Source of the DNA: Blastocladiella emersonii ATCC 22665
Lineage: Eukaryota > Fungi > Blastocladiomycota
DNA: 64,000 nt
Direction: 5' to 3'
NCBI GenBank assembly: GCA_025594325.1
Contig: JANHCV010000006.1
Location: 1,736,001 to 1,800,000, forward strand
The position numbers and the translations under genes were made by a program. Shown piece by piece: positions 19,682 to 32,184 of the stretch (the stretch's first letter is position 1; the number at the start of each line of letters is the position of its first letter). The notes below the pieces were generated by a model that had not been told where the DNA came from, did no database searches, and was given only the letters and a program-made list of their open reading frames with translations.

Positions 19682-21997
19682 TCACATGATGATGCAGTGG
19701 CAGCCGGCGTCCTCCTCGGCCTTGGCCTTCATGGCCTCGATCTCCTTCTTGACCTTGGCGCGCTCGTCCTCGAGCGCCTTCTCGGCCTCCTCCTTGGCCG
19801 TCTCGACCATGCGGTACGCGGCGTCGAGCTCGTTGGACAGCGCGTCGATGCGCTCCTGGCGGTCGTCGAGCTCCTGCAGCATGTCGTTGCGCTCCTCCTC
19901 GGCGGCCTGCGCGGCCTCCTCCTGGATCCGCCGCTCGGCCTCCTCGCGCTCGGCGCGCTCCCGCTCGCGCTCGGACCGACCCGAGTCGAGCTGCCGCCCG
20001 AGATCCGACTTGGCCTCGTTGAGCGCCGCCAGGTCCGACTCGAGCGACTGGATCGTCTTCTTGTGGCCCATGATCTCGTAGCCTACACGTTTCGCGCGGC
20101 GTCAGTACTGCGCCCGCTCTCTTCCGTCCCGCAAGGCCAAACGTACGCAGGTCGGTCGCCTCCTCGCGCAGCGCCTTAGCGTTGGCCTGCTCCTTCTGCC
20201 ACTCCTTGTCGACGCTATCGTAGAGGTCCTTGAGCACCTGATGCTCGTGCTGCGCGCGGTCCATTTCCGCGCGGTGCCGCTCCTCGGCCTCGCGCCCGAT
20301 GCGTGCCGCCTCAGCCGCGACCACCTGCGCGGCGCCCGCCAGGAGCATGCCCGTCCACCCGACGCCGTGCAGGGCGCCCATGGCCGCATCCGGATCCCCG
20401 CGCACGGCCTCGCGGAACGCGGCCTCCCCGCGCTCCGCCGCCGCGCGGATCTCGTCGACGCCCGCCGCCGCGTTCACCTCGGTCTGCACGTCGCGCGCGA
20501 CACGCGCCGCCGCCTCGGCCGCGATCCGGACCGTCTCGTCCTGCACCGCCTTGGCGACCTCGGCCGCGCGGTCGGCGGCCTGCGCGGTCACAGCGCGGAG
20601 GTGCGATTCGAGGGTCGCGGGCGGGAGGGCAGCGAGGACGGCGCGGCGGACAAAGGCGCCGATCCCGGCAGCCGTCGCGCGCGGGCCCGCGGCTTCGCTG
20701 CCGGCGAGCACGTCGTCGAGCGGGTCCTCGAACTGGTCGGGCGACCCGAGCTCGGCGTCGACGGCGGCGCGCGCGGCGTCGAGCGCGGCGTCGGTTTTCT
20801 GGGCGAGGACCGACTCCCAGGCGGACGCGATGACGGGGACGGTGCCGCCGTTGATGGCGGTCACGTACTGTCGGGCGAGCGAGGCGATTACGGCGCCCGA
20901 GAGCGGCGTGTTGTAGAGGGTCTTGGGGGCGACGTTGCGGTAGACGAGCTTGATGAGCTTGTCGACCTCGTCGAGGTAGTCCTTGCGGAACTGCGACGGC
21001 TTGAGCGACCCGAGCTCTTGCAGGTCGTCCTCGTCGTCGACGGGCCGCTTGAGCGTGAAGCAGCTGCGCTGGTGGAACACGGCCCGGATCGTCTCGCGCA
21101 CCTTGTTCTTGGACACGATCTCGGCGTCGGTCCCGTCGAGCGGCTTGAGCGCGTGCTCGAGGTACTCGTCCTCGGTCACGGCGCGCCCGTCGATCTGCAG
21201 GTCCAGCGCAAAGTCGCGCAGCAGCCACAGGAACCGCGGGAAGAAGGCACGCAGCGACGTCGGGTCCACCTTGGGCGCGATCCCCGGCCGGTCCGTCTCC
21301 GACACCTTCTCGCGGATGCTGCGCGTCAGGTTCACGATCAGCGACATGTTCTCGACCGCCGTGTCGTCGATGGTCCCCAGGCTGTTGTAGATGAGGTACG
21401 ACGACAGCAGCACCCCGAGCGAGAAGATCTTGACGTCGTGCGTCTCCGTCTTGGTGAAGGAACCGAGCCCCTCCGTGTCCAGCAGCACAATGTTCATGGC
21501 GTCGGGCAGCCGCCGCCGGCGCAGCGTCTCGCGGTCCAGCGCCCACATCCAGATGCCCTGCGTCTGCGGCTCTACACTCGGGAACCGCGTTAGTGTGCCG
21601 GGTCGTGTCGAGGATCGCGGGAGCAGACGCACGAATCGAGGCGCCAATGTCGAACCCTTCTGTTCGTCCCGCGAGCTGATCTATCATGGCAATCATCGCG
21701 GTCGGTACGAGCGTCAGCCATCATTCATCACACGTAGTCGTCGCGGAGGTACCGACTTAGGATGAAGCTCTTGCCCTACACGGCACGGCGACGAAGATGA
21801 CAGTCAGCCCGCGCCCGCCTCGACCACGCCCCGCGGCGACGACGACGTACCGTGCGGTACAGCCCCGCGACCGAGATGACGCCAATCGGCGCCTCGAGGC
21901 CCTCGAGGACCTTGATGGCCTCCTCATTGACGATGAACTGCGACTTGGGGTCGGACACCTTGCCCTGCAGGTTGACTAACAGTATCGGAGTGTCCAT
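19682..21997 (-). CDS. Guanylate-binding protein (GBP family dynamin-like GTPase) with coiled-coil C-terminus and CaaX box, 679 aa
   Basis: Five exons: 21997-21851, 21775-21757, 21680-21633, 21571-20147, 20082-19682 (2040 nt). G1 VISVAGLYRTGKSFILNQLAG, G2 QPQTQGIWMW, G3 LLDTEGLG, HDVKIFSLGVLLSSYLIYNS, G4 FPRFLWLLRDF. Ends in GCHCIIM*. Confidence 0.92.
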
Positions 21998-22303
21998 GGT
22001 GATTGCGTGTGGCGGTTTTGTAGACTCCTGGCCATGAGTTTCGGGTTGCAGGGAGAGAGGGGGGTCGGCGTGGACAAGGGGGGAGGGGAGCTAGGCGCAA
22101 CGCGTCCCGAACGTTTCGCGTCGCGGCGCTCACGTGATGTCTCACGGCGCGTCTCGCAGCTCCGACGCGACGCGTTGTTCATCTCGCGTCGACGCGTTTT
22201 TGGCTCGCTTGCTCATATTCGAGTCATTTAGATTACTAATGGCCTATTAAATCAATTTCAAACAAACGGACACAAATCACAACATGACAGATCGAGGGGT
22301 CGG

Positions 22304-24753
22304 TCACGACGCGCGGGACCCGACCGGCGCCACGCGCTTGAGCTCCTCGATACACTGTTGAGCGTACGCGCCGCTGCACGATGAGATCTCGCGCTGAACC
22401 CATGCAGCGTCGCGAACTGCGTCAATTGCGCAGTCGGGGACCTGGCGCCAAAAGTCGACGACGAGCGGGCACCCGCTGCGCGAGAGAATGTCGAGGAACC
22501 CGTTGAGGTCGAAGCGGACAAGAATGCGAATCAGCTCACGTTCGGCGAACTCGTTGAAGTGCGCGGTGCATGACCTCGGTGAGCCCGGGCAAGGATACGG
22601 CTGGCGGCACCACGAAACAATCTGGGCGTGGCCCTGGTGCTGAAGCATTTGCTGCAGCTTACGATGCGCAGAATCCGGAAGCCGCGAAAGCCCGTCGACC
22701 ATGGCCAGAAGATCGGAAAATGTGTCAAACCACGGCGCCTGGCCCAGGAGCGAGCACTTGTCGCACACCCGCGCCGCAGCGCAATGGAGCGTAAGCGAGC
22801 CCTTGCCCCACCGCTTGATGGCACCGAACTGGGCCGTGATCATAAGCTCGAGAAGCATCGGGACCGCGTTGGACCGCTGGACCATGCGCATGGACGCAGC
22901 TCGAGTTGCGGGGTTCTGGAACGCGGCCACAAGAAACCAGTGCCCGGACACGAAATCGCTGTACCCGTACCTGGGACAGGAGTCAGAGATCGCCAGAGCA
23001 AGCTCCAGAAGCGAAAGCATCAAGTCGTCGCTGGTCGGTACGTTGGCGAAAACTCCATCGAAGCGCCTGTTCGCCTTCGCAAGCGGCTGCCGGCGCTTCT
23101 TCTCCAAGGGATCACGCCCGGTGCGGACGCACTTGGCGAACTTGGCCATGAGAGAAGCGAGCTTGCCGCGCAGATTGTTGTGCGCGAATTCGAAGACTCG
23201 GCGAGCTCCGGTCATGTCAGAAAACATCGGGTCCACGGAGACCGAGTCGAGATAGCAGTGGAATGCTACACAAGCGTGAGATTGGGGGGGGGGGGATCGT
23301 GTCAGCGACCGTGAAGAAGTTGTCGCACAAAAGCACGTGTACCAATGAGAACGACATCTGAGAGCTTCGACTTGGCCAGGCGAATCACATCCTCGAGAAG
23401 CCCAGGAACCACCGTCTCGTCGCCGGCGCTGAGAGCACGCGCCAAAAAGTAGGAGAGAGTGAAATCGTTAAGCAGCTGGTTCGAAGCAAGTAGTTCTAGA
23501 AGATCCACGCCGTAACCGTAACGACGGGTCAGCAACGTGAGGTGCACACGATCCATGACTGGCACGCTGGCAAGTAGCTGCTTTGGATGATGAATCAGCA
23601 CGTGAAGAAGCGCGTCTTTCATGCGAGGCTGTTGTAGAACGTCGAGCAAGCCCGAGCGGATCAAAGAAATGGCAATCGACGGGGTAACCTTGAACAACCA
23701 GTCGAGCGTACGCGACACGTTTGAGGCCGATGTGCCCGTTGCGGAAAACTGCTGCTCCAGAAGCTGGTCAAGGCCGTCCTTGGGCCACACGTCGGCGAGC
23801 GCAGTGAAGTCGATTGGGCGAGCCAGGTTGCAAAGGAGCTCGAGCGTGTCGGGTTTCCAGACTAGAAAAGCGAGCAGGACAAGAAAGTTGAGGAGATTAA
23901 GCTCTCGTGGGAGCTTTCGGAGCGTGAAATTCGGGAGACCCGTGACGTTACCGTGGATCGTGAACCAGTCGTTGCGCGAAACGTCGAAGAGCTCGGGCGC
24001 CTGGTTGAACGTGTTCGTAAGCAAGCAGCGAGTGGCCTCTTCACACTGCGTTACAACTGCGACGAGAATTTGGACCTGAGAGAAGACAGGAGATTTGAGG
24101 CACGACGGAAGGCGAGGCGTGCGGCGATAGCCCGACAGCTTGGCCCGAATGTAGGAGTCAAACAGCCGAAACTCCGGATCATCTTCGTCTGCTCCAAGAA
24201 AGCCGTAAACTCGACACGCCTTGTCGTACTTGGCATCGAATTCGTCATAATCGTCAAACTCGGAGGCACTGCGCACGGCCTTCGAGGGAGCGCTGACAAG
24301 GGTCGGGAGCAGCTCCGAGTCGGAAGACCAGGTCGCGCGAAGCGGTCTCGAGAGGTGAAGAAACACGTCAGAAACAGCGTGGTAAAAGTTTTGATTGGGA
24401 TGGTCCAACGAGCCCGGTTTGGCGTGACGAAGGTAACCCTCGAGGTCGGTGCGCGGAAGCAAGCCGCTGAGATCGGCCTTCGAGAGGGCGGTTTTGAGCC
24501 ACGGAGTCAGGCGACGAAAGTGCCAGACACGCTGCACGGAAAAGTCGGCGTAAGTGTCGTGAAGTTCGCGTGAAGCGGTCAACAAGCGATCGGACGGCTC
24601 GGTGAGCTGCATGACGCGGGTGAGCAACTCGGACGGTAACGCGTCGAAAACGAACGTGATATCGGTGTTACCGCCTTCGGCATGCTCACCAATTCCTCGG
24701 CCGTGCACATGGTCTCCTTCGATTTGATTCATGGAATGTGGGATACGTTGCAT
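22304..24753 (-). CDS. F-box-like-motif orphan family protein, paralog A (intact, ~790 aa)
   Basis: N-terminal FVFDALPSELLTRVMQL (F-box-like). Intron 23266-23342 (GTACAC..GCTGAC..GTGTAG) joins ORFs 23302-24783 and 22304-23236 in frame (2373 nt). Collinear similarity to paralogs B and C. Start codon uncertain. Confidence 0.7.
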
Positions 24754-25447
24754 GGTGGGCGAGGGTCCGTTAGTTTGGGTCAAGTCGTTTCCTCTTCAAG
24801 CGGCGCTGCCCCCGGCCCAGCGCTTAGTTGGACACGGCATGGACAATTCAGGGCACTTTTGAGGGCGAGTGATAGGTGATCGGCTGCCACGGGTTTGTCA
24901 CGGGATCTATCGACGCGACTTTGGTGCCCGTTTCCGCTCCGCTGTGACGCATGCTCTCTGGGCTGGTCCAAACAAAGTCTCTCGGTTAATGGACTCCATG
25001 CAATTAGATCCTTGACTTCTTATGTCTACCACGGGTGTGTTGTGTCAGGACTAAGTGGGAGTGTCGTTGGCGTTTGTGCGAGCAATCCTCTGCGGCGAAG
25101 AAAAGAGGCGCTGACGCTCCGGCCAAGCTGGGCACGCCGTGGACAGCAATCTGCCGATGTTTCGACCGCGATTACCTGATTCTGTATGGAGAACGATTTC
25201 GCGCAAATGCACCCGCCAACCAAGGAAGTGTGAAAGTGCTATATAATGGCAGTTTTGATCGAGTAATGTAAGGAATCGCGGCGCGGAAAGAGAGGCGCAG
25301 CTTCTTGAAACATGGCACGCGTGTGGCGCAACGCGTCCCGGCACCGATCGGCCTCGCTTCCCATCTGATCAATTCTCTCAAGACTCCATGCTCGACCACA
25401 GAAGCGAGATGTACTGAGCAAAGAACAGAGTCAGCACAAACCAACAA

Positions 25448-27885
25448 TTACTGCTGTGAGGTCCCAATCGGTGCGACGCGCTTGAGCTCCTCGATGCACT
25501 CCTCGCCCGCCTCGCCAGTGCAAGACGCGATCACGCGTCGGATCCACACGGCATCGCGAACTGCGTCGAGAGCGCCGTCGGGGACCTGGCGCCAAAACTC
25601 GGCCTGCGTCAGGCAGCCGCTGCTGGACAAGACGGTGAGCAGGCCGCTGAGGTCGGGCCGGGCGAGCAGGCGGAGCAACTCGCGCACGGGAAAGTCGTTC
25701 AAGTGCTGGAGGCAGGAATCCAGCATCTTCCTGGCGCGGTACGGCTTGCTGAACCATACAGTGCGCATGAGGGGGTCGTTCAGGCTGCAGCACAGCGCAA
25801 CCTTGGCAAAGTCGGGAAGCTTCGAAAGGCCGCGAAGCATACCAAACAAATCGGAAAACGTTGCAAGGCACGGCTCCTGCCCCAAGAGTGGGCACTTTTC
25901 ACACAGTTGTACGAGGCCAGCGCCTGAGATCGAAGGTCTGATGGTGACGCGCTCGTACGATGCAATGTTGGCCCGAAGCATGATTCCAAGAAGCTTCGCA
26001 GCGAGCCGGGAGCTCTGGACATTTGCGTATCGCGTTGACCCGGGTAAAAGGACTCTGCAAAGCGGCCACGACGAGCCAATGAGACCGAGTGTAGTCCACA
26101 CAGTCGTTTTCGCGAGCGTGGTCAACAATGGTCAAGAGAAGCGCAAACATCGACGTCATTAGTGCCTGGTCGCTGGTCGACTCATCGAAGACGGTGTTGA
26201 AGCGTAACTCGGGCCGTGCGAGGGGTTTGCGGTGCTTCGTGTCGTAAGGATCGCGTCCCGTGCGAATGCATTGGGCAAACTTGCCCAGGAGCAAAGGCAT
26301 CTGGTGGCGCAACTGTTGATGAGCGAACCCGAAGACACGGCGGGCGCCGCTCGTGTGGAAGTGCTTCGCGTCAAGAAAGTAGAGGAAAGCTACGGACCAC
26401 ATGCGAGATTCAATCAGTTATCAGGCTGAGCTGTGGGTTTCACGATTCGCGAAGCGCACCATTCACGACCACACGCGAAACTTGTGAACCAGCTTGCTCA
26501 ACGACCGCCTCGCAAAGATCACGCAAAGCCACCTTGATGCCCTCGTCCTTGCTGCCGCGGAGAGCGTAAGCCAAGACGGTACCAAGGGCCTCGACGTTGC
26601 GCGAACTGTCGCCGTCAAGGAGTCGAGACAGGGCCACCGGATGGCCATTCTCGTGCAGTGTCACACGAAGGCGTGCGCGATCGCTCGGCGGCACGTCTGC
26701 GAGTAGCTTGGTCGGGTAGCAATCGAGAGCGTGAGCAAGCGCCGGGAGCATGTGCGACTGGTTGAGAGAGTTCAGCAGGCCAGACGCGACAAGGCGGTCT
26801 GCAACCGATGGTGCAAACCGAAAGAGCCAGTCGACTGCGCGCGACACGTCAGGAGCAGCCGCGGCAGTCTTTGGAAAGTTGCACGAAAGAGCGTGGCTGA
26901 AGCGCGTATCGTTCAAAACGATATCACCGAGTACAGGTACGTTGACAGAGTGACCCGCGTCACCAAGGGACTCGAGAAGGCCCGGCTTCCAGGCCAGCAT
27001 GGAGAGAAGTGAGAGGTAGTCGACGAGACTGATCGGTTGCGCAAGTTTCAACAGCGTGAGGCTTGAGAAAGCAGTATGAATATTGAACCAGTCGCTTCGA
27101 ACGTGATTGAGAAGCTCGGGCGCTCGTTTGAGCGTGTCCTCGAGCACCCATCGGCATGCCGTCGTGTTGCACTGCATGACGACGGCGACGAGAAACTGAA
27201 CTTGGGAGAAGACTGGCGATTCAAGGCAGGATGGTGCAGGGTCCGTGCAACTGCGCGTCGAGCCCGCACGCAGAAATGCCGCGGCAAGCCGACTACTAGG
27301 ATTACCGATATCGTACACGGTGTTGAGTTGATGCGCCGGGCTCATTACAGAACCAGATCCAGAACCATCGTCCGAGTCGGTATTGTCGTTCATCTTGCGA
27401 CCACTGTTCGCGCTAGCCGTGACGGGAGAACGTACAAGCGCACTAAGACACGCCGAGCCCGCTGTGGAAGCCGCAAGAATCGGCCGGATGAGCTCGAGAA
27501 GGACGCTCGAGGCCGCGCGGTCAAAGTTACGATTGGGCCGGTCCAGTGTGCCGGACTTGACGGACAGCAGACAACACTCGAGGTCGGTGCGCGGAAAGAC
27601 GTTGCGATAGTCGGCACTGTTGAAAGCTTTGCGAAGCCAGGGAGTCAAGCGCTGCCGGTCCCAAACAAGCTGCACGTCTCGGTCACCGACGACGCGCTGA
27701 AGCTCTCGAGACGCGGAAGGCACGCAATCGCGCGGCTCGACGAGCTGGAGGACCAGCAAGAGCACGTCGTGCGGGGCGTTGACAAGAGTAAGCTCGGCAT
27801 CGCCACCACCGCCGAAGGCGGTCTCAGGGCCAAGGGCGATGTCGTCGACCGTTGCTCGATCCATTGCAGTTACTTTGTGCTTCAT
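25448..27885 (-). pseudogene. F-box-like orphan family paralog B with one +1 frameshift
   Basis: LVNAPHDVLLLVLQL, RLTPWL..FPRTDLE and FWRQVPDGALDAVRDAVWI..CIEELKRVAP match paralog A. Intron 26390-26459 is at the same phase-1 position. Homology switches frame at AAA 26022-26024, and the spliced length of 2368 nt is 3n+1. Confidence 0.7.
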
Positions 27886-28483
27886 GGCAGAGGGTTGTGC
27901 ATCGAGTTGTGAGAGGATTGATTGAGCTCTTGCCCGAAGCCGCACGCGCGCTCGTGCGGGAAAGCGATTTTTGAACGGAGTGACGCGTCACGCGCCGTGA
28001 GCAACGCGACCGTGGCCGCTCGGCCGCCGTCGCCTGGCTCGTTTGCCGCGTCTCCAATGCAGCTACATGTCCATGAACTCCATGCAATCTGTCTCCGGAG
28101 CACTATTGGTGAGATTGAGTTGTGCCCTGTAACTCGTCGTTGAGCTTGCCGGCCGAGCGACACGGCTGGCCTTACGGCGCGCTTTGCTCTGTGGAGCTGC
28201 AATGGCCTTTATCGTCGCCGATCCGAGCTCTCAGCTTGCGCGCCACGAGTTCGAGCTCCGGGAGCCTGAGGAATCTCGAGGCGCCTTGTGTGATGCGCGA
28301 GTTGGTCGAGCGACTTCAGTCGCCTTGATGCGCGAGCCAGCTCAGCTCGAGAACTCCTCGTGCTTCTCGGAAGGACAGGAATTGCACAAAGCGCCGCGGC
28401 GGGCGCACAAAAACCGGTATATGGTACAAAAATTATCAGAGCTCGAGCGGCAAACACACGCCGAGCAACGTACCAAAAGCTAT

Positions 28484-30139
28484 TTACATGGGCACGACGG
28501 GCGTGAGCTGCAGCGCCGACGGCAGCAGGCCGCGGTACTCGCGCACGCCCGACTGCAAAATCGCGCCCAAGTGCACCCGAAGCGCGACGTTGGTCGTCGC
28601 CTCTTTGATCGCATCCTTCTGCGCCTCGGTCAGGGGCGACTGGTGCTCGAGCGGGAACCGCCACAGCCGCTCGATCGCGGCCACGGTCTCCTTGAGCCGG
28701 GTCCCGGCGTTGAGGAAGAGGAACGCGACGACCAGGGCAAGCGGCTTGAGCGCCGGGTGTACCGCCGCGACTTCGTCGAGCACCGCAAGCCGCTCCACGG
28801 GGTCGACCGGCAGCGCGCGAGCGAGCGCCGAGTAGGCGTTCGAAATCGCGGCGCGGTACTCTTGCGCCGCGGCGGCATCGGCCCCGTGCACGCCGCACCA
28901 CAGGTTGGCGTCGACGGGGCACATGGCGAGCGCGACGCCGTGCGGGTTGCCGAGGAGGATCGCGCCGTTGAGGTGACACTGGCGCATCGCCTCGCTGGAG
29001 ATGGGCGACGCGAGCGCATACGGCAGCAGGTCGGCGGCCTTATGCGACGGCGCGAGGTGCTTGGCGATGCGCGCCGCCTCGAGCTCGGCGAGCTGCACCG
29101 TGTCCTTGGCCGTCGAGATCAGCGCACGCATGGTCATTGTCACGTAGGCAGCGCGCGTCAGCTCGACGGCACGGACGGGCTTGAGCGCGGCCTTGCCGGC
29201 TGCGACCGAGGAAGGGCCGTCCTTGAGCACCGACACGATCGCCTCGAACCGCGTGATGGTGGCCGTCGGCACGGCCTGCTCCTTGCCCTGGACCGGAACC
29301 AGGACCGGCTCCTGTCGCTGCTGCTGAACCGGTTGCGGAGTCGCGTCGGAGACCAGCTCGACGACGGACTGCGCGGCGCCGACCTGCTCGGCAATGACGG
29401 GCGACTCGACCGTGGCCTGCGCGACGGCCGCCGACTGGGCGATGATCCCGGCCACGACGGCCGCCGTATCGGGCGCGACACCCGAGTCGCGGCGAGACCG
29501 ATCGGCGGGAGCGGGAGCGGGCGCAGCGACCGACCCGCCCTCGTACTCGATCACCTTGTCCTCGATCACCTTGCTTTCGGCCGCGGGAACGGGAATTACA
29601 ACGCGTTTCGCGGCCAGGGGCTCGGGGGCGAGGCCCTCATCGGCGTCCTTGGCGTCGATACCCGCAGCAGCAGCAGGAGCACCGTCGGTCGAGCCAGCCT
29701 CGACAATATCGACGGTGCTGCCACGGGCAATGTCGTTGCCGGAACTTGGCCCCTTGACCTGGGCCTGCACGACGACGTTGCCGTCGTCCGCCTGAACCTC
29801 GCACGGCGCCGTGTTGCGTCGCTTGAGGCTACTGGTCGACTTCTTGACCTGGAGCGCACCAAACGTGTCCGTGTTCGTGTCCTTGGTCTTCTCCATTCCC
29901 GAGTGCATGCACCGGGCGTCGATGGCGACCTTGCTCGCGGCCGCCGTAGCCTTGGCCGTCGCGCGCTTGTTGCGCTTCGGGGCCATGCGGCGGCACGCGG
30001 CCTTGACGCAGGCCGAGATGCGGCCGAGGAGCGACAGCTTCTGGGCGGTCTCGGCGGGGGTAGTAGCCGAGCCCGTGCACGGCGACGACGCCGACGGGTG
30101 GACCTTGGTCGAGGAGGAGAACATGGAGGACGAAGACAT
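28484..30139 (-). CDS. Hypothetical protein (~551 aa; disordered N-terminal half, helical C-terminal half)
   Basis: Long ORF with host-like G/C-ending codons. Likely start MSSSSMFSS at 30139. No recognisable domain. Confidence 0.65.
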   Translation of the reverse strand: MSSSSMFSSSTKVHPSASSPCTGSATTPAETAQKLSLLGRISACVKAACRRMAPKRNKRATAKATAAASKVAIDARCMHSGMEKTKDTNTDTFGALQVKKSTSSLKRRNTAPCEVQADDGNVVVQAQVKGPSSGNDIARGSTVDIVEAGSTDGAPAAAAGIDAKDADEGLAPEPLAAKRVVIPVPAAESKVIEDKVIEYEGGSVAAPAPAPADRSRRDSGVAPDTAAVVAGIIAQSAAVAQATVESPVIAEQVGAAQSVVELVSDATPQPVQQQRQEPVLVPVQGKEQAVPTATITRFEAIVSVLKDGPSSVAAGKAALKPVRAVELTRAAYVTMTMRALISTAKDTVQLAELEAARIAKHLAPSHKAADLLPYALASPISSEAMRQCHLNGAILLGNPHGVALAMCPVDANLWCGVHGADAAAAQEYRAAISNAYSALARALPVDPVERLAVLDEVAAVHPALKPLALVVAFLFLNAGTRLKETVAAIERLWRFPLEHQSPLTEAQKDAIKEATTNVALRVHLGAILQSGVREYRGLLPSALQLTPVVPM

Positions 30140-30677
30140 GGTGTTGATGCGTAGTAGCGTTGTTTGAAGTCGTATAAAGCGTGACCTACGATGGAGCCAC
30201 TGAGGGAGCAAGAGCGGGGGACTGCGGGGCCGGGGCCTTGCGCGTGTGCTCCCGAGCAGCAGCAGCTGCCTCCCGGCACAAGCCGATCCGCGAGTCCACA
30301 GCGCTCCCACGAGAGCGCACGTTTGCGTGACATGACCGGTTGCTAGGGCGCCCGTCGACCAACGACGAAAAACGGAACTGGGCTGACGGGAGACATTGTT
30401 GATTTGCCTCGTGATCCGTTGCGAGGCCTGTCCCCTCGCGATAATCGCGTCGCGCACCGCGCGCGTATCCTCACGTGCGCCTGTTCGACGCGTGAAACTG
30501 TGGCGTAAACGCGTCGTCATGTGACCGCTGCGCCACTTCCCCTTGGCGAAAGGGCCATCACGGCGGCGATCACGAACGTTGCCCTGTGCGGTTTAAATAA
30601 ATCTCGCCACAACCACAACACAACCACAAGCCAACGCTGACAATTGTGTGCCTGAACCCATCACGAAATTCGTTTCA

Positions 30678-30810
30678 GGCTCGCAGGCGCCCACCCCGTT
30701 TTGCAGGCAGCTCCCCACAGCTTTGCAGGCACCCCCGCCGCTTTGCAGGCCGCCGCGCTCCTTTGAGAGCTTCCCCGCCGCTTCGCAGCCAAGGGCCGCC
30801 GGCTGCAGAC
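30678..30810. repeat. Array of 7 degenerate ~20-bp units (core GCTTTGCAGGC, C-rich spacers)
   Basis: Cores at 30678, 30698, 30720, 30740, 30760, 30780 and 30800. GCTTTGCAGGC is exact at 30720 and 30740. Confidence 0.7.
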
Positions 30811-32157
30811 CACCTCCCCACCACCCTGCCCCTCGAACCCCCGCTCCCCGATCCCTCCGCATCACACACAGCGCTCTAACGCGAATTTATAGTCATGTAA
30901 CCACTGCAACAACTCGAAGCTTTGACTGAGCGCGCTCCCGAGAGGCTCCGACCCGTCACGCCTCGCCTCATCGTGTCGCACTGAGCAGGACGGCGGCGGC
31001 GTCGAACCAGGCGCGCGAGACAGCCAACACTGGTCCCGCCCCGCGTCCCGCCCGCGCGCGGGCAGTCCTTCGCGACCCGCTCAGCCGGGCAGCCCCGCGC
31101 GCAGCCCCGCGCGAGACCAACGCCCTAGCCAACGCGGGCGCGGCGTGCGGCGTGCGGCACGGCCTTGAGCACGCTGTTCGCGGCGGCACCGCATGCAACG
31201 TTGCCGTGGCCCTGGCGGGCGCCGCCGACCTCGCCCCGAACAGCGTCCGATCGCTCACGATCGACGCTCGCGGCCCCGGGCTCCCCGCGCTCAGCATGCG
31301 AGCCCGACGGCTTGCCCGATCAAGGAGCGGCGCATCGCGGGCCGAGACGGCGCGCAGTTGGGGCACGGCGGTTCGCGACCCGCGCTCGCTCGCCACCGCG
31401 ACGGTGAGCAGCTGAGAGGAGCGCCGGGCGCACGGCTGGAACGTGACGGAGCGGAGGCGGCGCGTAGCGCAGGGCGAGGTCAGCTCGAGGGGACCGTCAC
31501 AGAGAGGAGCGGCTGGTCTCGCAGCAGCAGCGAGGGCGCACACTCGCGCCGACTCAAAGTCCCGAAAAGCACAGGGAGCGGGCGTGCTTGAAGTGACAGG
31601 CGCGTCACGTTTTGTGGCCTCCGCCCTTCGACGATCACCGCGGCCAGTTCCCTTGCCGCGGCCCGGCGGCGGGCAAGCCACCCGGCCGCCAAACAAAGGG
31701 CGAGCGCCGCCGCCCGCCCCCGCTCTCTCCCCCTCCCGCCGCCCCCTCCTCACCACAACCACACGCACCGACACGATGCCCGCCCACATCAACGCCGTCG
31801 CGCGGTCCGCGCTGCGTGGTCGCGCGTCGTGAGCGTGCCTCTGGTCCGCCGCCGCTCGCTCGCCCCATGCTCGCTCCTCCGCTTGCCCCCTTCCGCCATC
31901 ATGCTCGCAACCTTCCAGCCGCCGCAGTACCCTCGCCCCCTACGCCAAACCGTCGCTCCCCGAATCCTCACGGCCGCCGCCGCTCCCCTTCGCCGCGTCA
32001 CTCTCGCTCCGCGCTACCCGTTCCACTCGTCACGGCTCGATCTCCCTCGACTACGCTGTCTGCGCACCTACTTGGTGCTCCGCTGACGCTGGTTGATGCC
32101 GCCCTCGCCGTCGCCAACTCGCTCGCCGCCCCGTCCCAACGAGCGCCGATCCTGACC

Positions 32158-32184
32158 CGTCTCGTCTCGTCTCGTCTCGTCTCG
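32158..32184 (+). repeat. (CGTCT)5 microsatellite
   Basis: cgtctcgtctcgtctcgtctcgtctcg read directly. Confidence 0.8.

Noticed and set aside
19682-21997. Atlastin/Sey1 ER-fusion GTPase
   Set aside because: There is no C-terminal TM hairpin, and the GLYRTGKS motif and CaaX tail are GBP-type.
23283-23295. Poly-G run as a G-quadruplex or regulatory element
   Set aside because: It is the C-rich pyrimidine tract of the F-box-like A intron on the coding strand, and a single run cannot form an intramolecular G4.
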